From: Bugula neritina
Taxonomy: Eukaryota; Animalia; Bryozoa
Reading direction: 5' to 3'
Length of the DNA stretch: 64,000 bases
NCBI GenBank assembly: GCA_964035545.1
Contig: OZ037769.1
Coordinates: 12,988,633 to 13,052,632, forward strand
Below, in pieces: positions 13,841 through 25,327 of this stretch. A program made the position numbers and the translations under genes. Numbering within the stretch: position 1 is the first letter of the stretch; the number at the start of each line of letters is the position of its first letter. Below the pieces are notes generated by a model. That model had not been told where the DNA came from. It made no database searches and saw only the letters and a list, made by a program, of their open reading frames with translations.

Positions 13841-16800
13841 ATGGATGTTGATTTGACAAAGAAAGAATCATCAAAATTGTTAGAGGTAAGTAAGCGCTAA
13901 AGTTGTATTTAGATTCTTCAATATTTAATTCTGTTAAATTTTAGGCAGCAGGAAATATTCACGCCTACTGTCAATTCCTTTCTTATGCCTTCATCAAAAC
14001 TGTGCAATATCAATTGAGCCACCATGTCATTAAGTTATTGTTCCTTGTTCCCCAGCTAAATAATAGTATCAGTTGTAGCTAATGTTTATTAGTAAGTCTT
14101 GAAGATTATGTAAACTTTCCTACTTAATTTTTTTTCTAGTATTTGTAGATTCAAAATGTTTTTAAGCTGTTATGTTGCCAGATTCAGGGCTGTAGGCAAA
14201 TCCACAAGTTTACTATTTCATATCTCTTAATACTGGAAAATACTTTTTTATCAGCAAATACTAATAATTGCCATTGCATGAGATATCTTGGGTAATAAAA
14301 CAGAAAAATAAAACGGTGTGTGTGATACTTTCAGTTTAAAAGTAGAGTAGCTGATATTAAAAAACCAGAGTTATGGGATGAAGACACTGATTTGTTCCTG
14401 AGAAGATGGTTGATAGGTAAGTTGAATATGGCATGGTACATTTTCAGCTGTAGCTCTATCAGCATATAGCTTGCTGCACTATTATGTAACGTGGTATAAG
14501 TCGCGTATCTCACTGTAGGAATAAAATTAGTGTGTTCCATGTCATATATAATATGTGTTTCAATATTTTGAAGCTCGGAACTGGAACGTTGACAAAGCAG
14601 AAGTGATGCTCCGTAAGGTGAATATTGAGCTGCCTTTTATACCCGCAATAACTATACATATGCTAAGTTGTGAAATATAAAAAACACACATAAAACTCTG
14701 CATTGCTAGTTTCTGTTGGATACATTTTGTTGCTCTTCGCGCAGAGTATGGAGTACAGGAAGAAAGTAAACTGTGACACTCTATTGGCTGATTATAAACC
14801 TCCTGAGGTTCTTGAGAAGTATTTTGTTGGAGGTATCTGTGGTTACGATAAGGAAGGGTCTCCAGTCTGGATTGACGTGTTCCCTCTTCTAGATGTCAAA
14901 GGTAATGACAAGCACCTGTTGCTATCTGCCAAAGTCTTTCCTTACTTACGGTCTGATTAGTGAGAATACAGCTACAGCAAGATAACGTCATTTGTAAGAC
15001 TGTCGTCTGTTGGAAAGATAGTAAAGATACTAATTAGTCAGATAACCTGTTTTCCTTATCTAATACTTGAAATATCTTCAAGTGTAGAAAGTTCTGGGAA
15101 ATAATTATACTGTTGTATTTGTTCCCAGCATGCAAATGTACTAGACACTTTGTTGTTACCAAATTTGTTTTTATGTCATAATTTTAGTTCTTGAACTTTT
15201 TAACTGCTAATTTAATTTTCGAAAATTCAATTGGTAGACCGTTGTTTAGTGCTAAAATTATGTCCTCCATCTTATAAGTACATTTTATATAGCAATATAC
15301 TGTCTCAATTTTATTTTAACTTTTGAAACTATATGCATAAGTTAAGACAAATATCTTATATAAAATTAAAAACAAATCTTGAGTATAGCAGATTCTCTCG
15401 GCCAGTCGGATTTCTGTGATCATGTATCACAAATTCCTTGCTATGGTTTTATTTCAATCGGAATAGTGGATAATAGTAAAACTATTTGCATCACATGAAA
15501 AGGGTTACGGTATGTGCTCTTTAATGTGTAATATGGATCCTTCTATAAGCATAGAAGATCATATATTCATTATGTTAATCATTTGATAGGTATTCTTCAT
15601 TCTGTAACAAAAGAGAAAATCATCCTTCATAAAATAGTTGCATGCGAAGAGCTTCTCTTTCTACTCAGGCAGCAGACTCAGAAGGTGAGCTGACTTCAAG
15701 CAGCAATGTCTCTTCCCAGGTTCATATATTATGTAATATCAACGTATTTGTTGATTACTCTTCCATGATATCATGCTCTGAATTCTTATGACAATGACAC
15801 GTATATTTGTTATATGATGCAACCCTGTCTACCAGCATAACGTGACGTGATACGCAATGTTGTTGATTGCTTGGCAGTGGTATATTTCCTCAGAATACCA
15901 GCTTATCTTAGTCACTTGTTGCTGTAGCTAAAGAAATCCGTTGACGGTATCGTCATAATACTGGATGTGGCAGGACTGAGCTGGAAGCACCTCTGGCCTC
16001 CAGGTATGATCAAACAATTGAATATAATAAGTTACGGAGCAGCCGTGGTCTAGGGGTTAGTAAGCATGAAGTCATGGGTTCAAACCCCAATAAAGGCCAT
16101 TGGTGATGTTAGGAAGAGCATCCAGTCATAATTGCTCCTGTGTCCCATCTGAATAAGTCCTTTGCCTGATTTAACAAAAACCTTTCCATCAGGGGTTTCT
16201 CACAGGGATGGTGACTATAAACTAGCGTGAGTTTTTTTAAATATGATAAATAATGGCCCTTAACCGTAATAAAAGTGACATAGAAATAATTGACATGCGG
16301 TTTAAATATATGATTGCAGTTTGAGAAATTTCTTACTCTTAAAAAGTTGCCAATTGTTGAAATGAATATCTGAAAGAATTAATTTCACTCTACTAAAATA
16401 ATGAACTTACACTATATGGTGAATTATAATGGTGCTCTAAATTACTCTATAATTTTTATAGAATTTATAATGAAAACATTAAAAGCACACTGTGTTATAT
16501 TGATTAGAGCTAAGCTGCAAGTCATAGTGCTTTGATGAGCTGATACCCGCCAGTATACAGTAGCTCTTTGATAACATTCTTTAGATGTATCAGGGTACTG
16601 TAGAGCTCATAACCAGTGTGTTAGTGTACTGTCATTTATTATGTGTTTAGGCATTGAGTGCTTCAAAGAGATTGTGGCTGCATTTGAGGATAATTACCCG
16701 GAAGTGCTAAGAAGAGTGTATATTATAAATGGTAAGATTACTTGGTGTGTTACACTAATGGTAGTAAGTATACTAACATGCCAGTAGTAGGGTTTGAACC

Positions 16801-19800
16801 TTTTGTTCTACCATCTCGTTTAGTGCTGTAAAGTCTACCCTTATCCAGCCCAAAACTAGAAGGGTAAAGCCTTTACTAAGTAACTGTGGAGGTTAGGAGT
16901 GTCATATAACAGTGCCATACCTACCAGCTGCCACACACTGTCCTATTTTCTACTCGTGGTACAGTTTGTCACGCAGCTGTCACATCTTAACTTGAAAAGG
17001 AAAATGGCAGAAAAATTGCTTTAACTGTATTTCATTGTTGAGGTTTTTTGCAGATATATTATGAAGAGCACATCTGTTATATTCATTGTTACAATATTTT
17101 AGAATAATGTTGCATTTGTAAGCTATAGAGACACGTTTTAAACTAATTGAGAAAATTCTACTGCCATCAAAATTCTTCCAATTGATTTTGAGTTAATCTT
17201 TGCAATACTATTATTCATTATTAGTCAGTTAAAGTTGAAGAAACAGACATTATAGCCATTAGCATAGAGTTTGTGATGTCATGTGCAAGTGTTTGTAATG
17301 TTTGTTCTGTTTGGTGTTGTAGCGCCACGCATCTTTGTCCTCGCCTACAATATGGTTAAGAACGTTCTGACTGCGCGGACAGCCGGAAAGATTCATATGC
17401 TGGGAAGTGAGTATTTGGAATAAAGGAAGATGATCTGATAGTCATTCATTGAGTGTTACTGTGAATATAAGTAGTTATTGTACTTGTACTTAAGGTAACT
17501 GGAAGGAATCTCTATTGGATGTGATGGATGCTGATCAACTTCCTGTGTATTATGGTGGTACGCAGGTGGATGAGAACGGAGACCCCAAGTGTCCCAATAA
17601 GGTTAGTACATAACCTACCACTACTTTTGTTTCTCTTTTTACTATTACATTATCTATTACTATTATACTCTCTATTACTATTGTTTCTTTTACTATTACA
17701 TTCTTTGACTGTTATTATTATACTCTCTTTTACTATTACATTCTTTTACTGTTACTATTATACTCTCTTTTACTATTACATTCTTTTACTGTTATTATTA
17801 TACTCTCTTTTACTATTACATTCTTTTACTGTTACTATTATACTCTCTTTTACTATTGTTTCTTTTACTATTACATTCTTTTACTGTTACATTCTCTATT
17901 ATTGTTTATTCTTTACCACTATTACACACTTCATTTCTGTTACGTTTTCTATTACTATTGTTTACACAATTTGTCTCATTTCCAGATACTACATATTATA
18001 TGATAGAAGTTGTCTTCTTTGTATAGATACTGTATAGTAGGAGTTGTCCTATTTTTACAGATACTGTATAGTAGGAGTTGTCCTATTTTTGCAGTTACTG
18101 TATGGTAGGAATTGTCCTATTTTTACAGATACTGTATAGTAGGAGTTGCCTCCTATTTTTGCAGTTACTGTATAGTAAAGGTTGTCTTATATTTGCAGAT
18201 ACTGTATAGTAGGAGTTGTCCTATTTTTACAGATACTGTATGGTAGGAGTTGTCCTGATTTTGCAGATACTGTATAGTAGGAGTTGCCCTATTTTACAGA
18301 TACTGTATGGTGGAGAGGTGCCAAAGACTTATTATTTTACCCACGATGATATCTCTGCCGATATGCAAACAGTGTATGTTTCTCGAGGTTCTACCAAGTA
18401 CATACAACTCCCGATCACTGTCAGCAAATGTCAAATTAGGTAAACTGACTCATTCACATCATCCTAGCAATCAGCACCTAACTACACAATACACAAGCAA
18501 AGGCTGTGTGGGTGAATAGTTTGTTGTGAAATATATGTGCCTGCTGTAAGACGCCTGCCTCACATTTGATATAGAAACTTCTTTATTTTAGTGGGTAGTC
18601 TATTTCAGTCTTTTTGCTATGAGTACACAACACTATGACTTGGTAGAAACGTTGCTTATAGTTTTGTGTTGTTTTATGGCAGTCCATATTTTACTACATT
18701 GTTTCTAGTTACTTCCCAGTTTCATATCATGTGCTTATAACAATACTATTACTTGAAACTTCGAGTCAGTACTTTTAGTATCAGTCAACTCGTAAAACTT
18801 GTAAAGCAACACAATTTGAATAAGAAGCGAGTTTTCTCATTTTTTAAAATAGCACACTTTGCATGTTCTGTTTTAGATACACAATACGATCTGAGAAACA
18901 TGATATAGGCTATGGTTTCCTATACAACGACTTGGATAGCCCGAGTAAACGCCATTCAGAGATGCAGGTAATTCTCAGCTCAACGAGAACCAACACCCAC
19001 ATGGTGCAGCTGACAGGCGTCCTGGAATGCAATCAGCCCGGTATTTGTAAGTTTTCAACTTTCATCATTTCATTTACTGTAGAATAGAGGAGTTTCAGAC
19101 ATCCCTCCAGAGTGGTTTGTATTTTAAAGTTGTCTTCCCCTACAGGTATTGGGGGCAGTCTCGATGATATATAGAAGGCCCATAAAATCAGTAGAAATGT
19201 AAGGTTTGAGTGAAGACTATTACTAGTATATGTTTCATTTTTTCCAAGATTGATATTTTGGCATAAGCACACATATGAGCAGTTTCAGAATTTTTTTAAA
19301 AAATTTTGTTATTGATAAATTTCAGAAAAAGAAAACTTCAGAGCATATTTGTGGTTTTGATTATTGAGCAAATCTGAAGCTGGCAGCTGTCATATTATCA
19401 TTTGTTTTGCTGGCTGTAACCAGCCTGTTTAGAGCTGCTATAACCTTTCAACTCTTAGGACAATAATAACTGCAATATAGCTGCACTAGTGGGCTCTGTC
19501 TTACTGAACTTCAAATGCTCCAAATTGTGGGTTGGAACACATGCCTGCACATGCCACATAAAGGCACTGGCTCATTTGTATTAACATGTTCACTACTTAC
19601 AACACTTATACTATGAAAACAACTAAGCCACCCTACTATCTAATATTTCTATCAAAAATAAAGATATGTATTAAAACAGATAGATTAAACTTGTAATTTT
19701 AAACAATATCTTATCTAAAAATTCCAAACACTGTATAACTATATATATGCTTTATAAGCATATGTTTCCATGGCATGCCTGCAAGACAATGAAAATATTT

Positions 19801-22800
19801 AGAGAACAGTAAAAAGAAGCATATAAATTTCAGAATAGTTTCTTTTTTCCTGAGATGAATATTATGGAAATGTCCCACAATTCAACATTTAAATTAAGTC
19901 TGTAAAATAATTTTCACAGTGTATTTTCAATAATTATTTTTGCAAGCTAGTTTGTGTTTGTTATAGTATGCCATTTTACAGTGGCTTAGTTAACTAGGTC
20001 AAAGTTCATTCAGCAGTGCAATGCAATTAACCCAACACACTTCCATTGTACACATTAGCAAACAAGTCATATAATAAGCTAGAAATCAGACAGAAACCTT
20101 ACGCAGCATTTAATTTTCTAAAATGGATACTAGCCAAACTAATAATTGCAACTTAGTGAAAGATGATCTGATTGCTTTAACAGAAGTTAAAACTTGGAAT
20201 ATTGAAGCTCTGAAAGACTTTTGCAGAAAAAGAGGTTACAAGATTACTGGTTCAAAGGACGAGCTTAGTGCTCGTGTATATTTTCTTTATAACAATCAAA
20301 TACCTGAAGAGCCTGGAGCAAAGCAGCAAGAAGCATCACGAAAAATAGATTACAAAACTCTACATAATGCTGTAGTCCCAACTATTGACCCAGCTAGGCT
20401 TAGTAAATGGATCAATGAGAAAGATGGTATTAGCCAGTGGCCACCAGTTTCTTATATAGAAATTGTACAATTTTTATTGAAACATGGTCAAAACTTGACA
20501 GCTGATGCTCTAACTACATATAAAACCGGAAAAGGATTTTCATATTTTTATAATGGATTCCTTCAAGAGGTGTTCTGTCATCCAATTAGAAAAGATAGTT
20601 CGGTGTGTTATCTAAAATCTACTTGCACTCCAAGCAATAGACTGAATGATACACCACACAACTTATGGACTAAAGTAGAAAAAAATTCAGGCACAATTCT
20701 TTCAGCATTCTGCTCTTGTGTAGCTGGGTAAGAAAAATAATATTTTGATCTTAAATACTAATTTATACATTTTTGTAGAAGCTTTAAAAAATAGACGAAG
20801 TTTATACTTTCAATTTTAGATTAAGCCAAACTTGCAATCACGTTGCTGCATTACTTTTCAAATTGAAAAGTGCATTCAGGCTGGAGCTATCGAGCCTTTC
20901 TTGTACAAGCACTGCATGTTCATGGAAAGCTCCTAAGTATGAAAAGGCGAAGCAGCTGTACATTCCAGTACAAGATATGGAATTTAACAAACCTCAATAT
21001 TGCAAAGGTAAACAAAATGTTGCAAGCTTTTGTAGTTTATAAGCAGTAGCTATTATAATATGTAATATTATATAATGTAATATTGTAAAAAATAATTTAG
21101 TATAAGTATGCATTGAGATTGTGTTATATAACATGAAATTGCTGATTTTCAGCTTGTTTTAAATTTTAATTGTTAAAATATGCATAATTACAATTTTTTT
21201 TATAAATATATGATTTGAACACTTGCATGATTATTTATAGGTACTAGCAGCAGACAAAGTCATACCCTTAAGACACAAGTTGAAGTAATGTGTAAAGAAG
21301 ATTTAGAAACTGTAAATGACACAGAAGAGTTTAAAAGTTTTGTTAGCAGTATGAAAAAGCTTTTACCCTCTGCTGTAATGTTTTTGCCAGGTAATATATA
21401 CTAATGAATGCAGGTTATTATTATTTTAGGCTACTCAACTTTTAAATGATTCCTCATAAGCCATATTACAGTGCTGCTTATATTAGGCTCTAGTAAACTG
21501 TTTCCATTACTACACTTGCAATAAGATAGATTATTTGATACAAGAATAGTTTTCATGGTATATAACAATGCTGATGTTGATAATATAGCCGCATATTTAC
21601 CAACAATTCTTTCACACGCACGGACAAGCATACACTATTTCAAAGAGTTCTAACCATGAACTTATTTTTTATAGGAAAAAAGAAAGCTCCAGAAACTATT
21701 CCTTTGCAGGAGACAAACTTAATAAGTATTGCATCTATTGCTAAGAGCTGTGGCACAGTAAAAGAGTTTCTACAGAAAATATCCCTGCCTGTAGTAGAAT
21801 TGAATAAAATAGAAAAGGAAACCAGGGGTCAAAGCGACAATGCTACATGGTATGAAGCTAGGAAAGGGCGAGTTACTGCTTCGAATTTCTATAGAGTGCA
21901 CACTAAAATACAAAGCATGAAAAAAACCCAAAAACTGATATCAGGGCTTTGTTAAAATCATTGATTGATCCACCAGTGCTAGGGCACCTTGATCAAATAT
22001 CTCATGGCTCGAAGAATGAGAAAACAGCTGTTAGTCATTTAGTGGTTTTGCTGACAGCTCAGGGGCACCACAATGTGTCTGTAACTCCTTGTGGCCTTTT
22101 CATACACCCAGACAAACAGTATTTAGGAGCAAGTCCTGATGGCATTGTTAGCTGCAGCTGCTGTTCAACTAGGCTACTGGAAGTGAAATGTCCAACAAAA
22201 CCAGTTGCTGAGCTAGCCTACTTAGAAAGCGATGGCTGTTTGAAAAAGAAGTCCTCATACTACGGTCAAGTTCAAGGCCAAATGTTGATAACAAACATGC
22301 AGGAATGCTACTTTTTTGTTTATGAAAGTGAAGCTTCAAATAGACTACAACTCATAACTTATGATGAACAGTTTAGTGACAGTTTAGAAGCTAGCCTTGA
22401 ATTATTCTATCATCAGTTTATGGCTCCACAACTACTTGGAAAAAAATTATAGTATCAACAGCAAGCGCTGTTAGGAATTATGGGGCATCATAGATGGTAC
22501 TATGATACATGTAATGGTATTTCCACAATATTGCACAAGCAGGACGAATTTCTTGAGTGATTAATCATTTACTATCTTATGCTTAATATAAAAATAATAT
22601 TCTTTTTCAAATTATTACGTATGCATGTAATCATTATAAATATAAAAGAAATAGATAAGATTTTTTTTAATTTTTTTATTATTGTTAGAGTAAGCTTTTC
22701 AAGTAATAGCAGCTTTTATTGCAAAAGAACTAAAGAAAGATGAGAAATATTATAATGTATTATAATATTGTGATTAATAAAATAAAAATAAAATATATTT

Positions 22801-25232
22801 TAAATGGCCCATCTATATACTTTCATCCCATTCTTTCACTATTGGACCTTGCATATTTGTAATAGCACAACAAATAGTCAAAATGTCATCGCACATTCGA
22901 ATTAATGAAACTGGGACAACATTGTTGATGAGCTTAAATGTTTTTATTCTTTGTATTACCCTTTCCACGTGGATTCGAACATTCGCTACCTTTTTAGTCT
23001 CTCCTATGTTTTTGGAGGTCATTTGTGTTCGACCTTTGAGTGGTGGGGGAACCACAAGCTCACAGCCTTTCATCATAACTGCTTCTTTCACTATTGAAAA
23101 ACCTCGATCAGCAAGCACCTGATCAGTGGGATTAAGATGTTTCAGAAATGAGCTGTTCAAAACAATGTGTTTGTCACTAGTTCTGCCTCCCCAAAGCTGT
23201 GACTTGTAAGCTACTGATCCTTGAGGAGTAATTGCTACTAAAAACTTGATGGTGTTATGGTGTTTGTAGTCACTCCATGTTGCAGATTGAAGTTTCAGAT
23301 CAGCGGGTTTTTGAATAAATATTTCACTGCAATCAATTATACATCTTAACTTTTTATAGTGCTTTTATTGAGGTGGAATTGTTCTCTTAACCTCCGTTTG
23401 TTGATAAAATGCTATCATTGGATTTAGAGCTTCTCCAAGCAACTTCACAGTCTGATTAAATATCTGCGATACCTGCCTAGTAGACAATCCAAACCTATAA
23501 AAAAACAATATACAAAATCCCTGTATTACATGTTTGGATGAAAAATAATGCAACAAATTGGCTAAAGCATGTTCAAGTAACATGAAACACTCGAAATATA
23601 AATAAGTCAAACTAGAGTTAGTCAACTGTGGGATGTTTTTTGGCCGATTTATATGTGCTGTTTAATCAGCTTATTATGTAATGATGTAATCCTATATAAT
23701 GTAATTCAAGTTAGACAGCTAAAGTTAGACAGTTCTCATTGTGCACTTTCTTGAACAAGCAGTTATGTAATATAGAGAGACAGCTAGTCAACAGAGAGCT
23801 TCAAGCAAACAAAATTCTTGCAACAAGGTTGATTGGATACACAACAACGGCTGTTATTCTCACAGCAGGATGCATTGTATAAGAGATAGCCTGATGTTCA
23901 CGTAGTTTACATACAGTGACATACCACTGAAAACTATTAGAAACCACAGAAAAGTTATAAAGGAGAGAACGCTGGCACAAAAGAAGTATAGCAATGTGAG
24001 CAAATATATGGCTGAAAACTGACCTAGAGATAAATAAGTACAAATTGTACATAATATAACTAAATCAGCAAAGCCAAATGATTTGATATAAAAAGTATTA
24101 TCTGGGAATTGTGGGAAATTTAGTAGCATTATTAAAAAGTTTACCTTTGAGCAAGATCCCTATGGAGTAAAGCCAATCTTAATTTCATTAGTGTCATAAG
24201 AATGCAGTCATTATGACATAGTGCGGTCTTTCTATACTTCACAGCTGGTACGAAATGTACATTTTTAACTTTTCTTTTGGAAACAAGCCAAGTTGCTCTA
24301 GCTAAAAATTGCTTGTTTTTTTGATAATTTTTTTTCTGCAATGCAGCAGTATATTTACAAAGCTCCAAAAACATTTCTGTATTAGGAATGTTAGTATAAA
24401 ATTTGCACATTCTATCTGTTTTTAGAAGTTGTTTGTATATAGGAGAAAGTAGCTTCGCTAAATGTTTGGATGCTTTCTTTAGCTCCATGAGCTTGACAAA
24501 ATATTTGCCTTTTAGAAGCCTTAGTTCTTTTTCAGCTTTCATCAACTTTAATGGCAAAGCGTTTACATCATCATCATTCTCATTCAAGCTTCCAATAGAC
24601 AATTGCTTATTTTTATCCTGCTTAGGTTGAGATTTTTTAGCCCTAGCATACTCTGAGACATCAAATATTTCCGATTCTTCTGTTAATTCGGAATCCAACA
24701 CACTTTTTGTTTGGCAAGTTGAGATTAAGGTAACAGAGGTATTGGGCAATTCTGTACTACTAGCCATTGTTGATGTTCTAGTGGCACGTTTGGTGGAGTG
24801 AGTATTATAAAGAGCATAGCCTAATTCCAATGTAGGATTTGGGTGACTCTCTGTTGGCATATTGTCAACAAAATGTTTACTGCAGATTACTGACTCATTA
24901 TTAGGCTGCCAAGGAGTTGTATCTGTTTTGCTCATTTGTCTGTTGATTAATTTAGACCATATCCTTTTGTTCTTTTCATCTTCCGGGAACTTGAAATGCT
25001 TGAAGGGTAGACATCCACATTTTCCTTAAAGTGGAATAAAACAAGATATATGTATGATATAATATTACACTGTAGAGCATATTATGTTGTACATAGAAGA
25101 TAACATATTGCAGAACACAATATACCCATATTGCAAAGCATCAGAGTTGATAAGTAAGTAACTAAACAAAATTGTATAACTGTGTGTGTGCACTCGAGTA
25201 TACACACACACATATATATATCTATACATATG

Positions 25233-25327
<95 letters not shown>

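Noticed and set aside
16036-16095. Functional tRNA gene
   Set aside because: A and B boxes are present but no full cloverleaf, and the sequence continues into a body shared by dispersed copies, which indicates a SINE head.
19033-19272. Mirror ORFs 19033-19272(-) and 26557-26760(+) as a duplicated small gene
   Set aside because: They arise simply from the TIRs, start at GTG, run out of the element and show no domain.
21917-21930. Programmed -1 ribosomal frameshift in the YqaJ gene
   Set aside because: The zero frame reads ATG AAA AAA ACC, so the A_AAA_AAC heptamer is not in the required phase. A 1-nt deletion or homopolymer error is simpler.
23365-23367. Stop-codon readthrough or an alternative genetic code in the transposase
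   Set aside because: It is a single TAA, host genes here use TAA/TAG/TGA as normal stops, and no readthrough context was seen. A nonsense mutation suffices.
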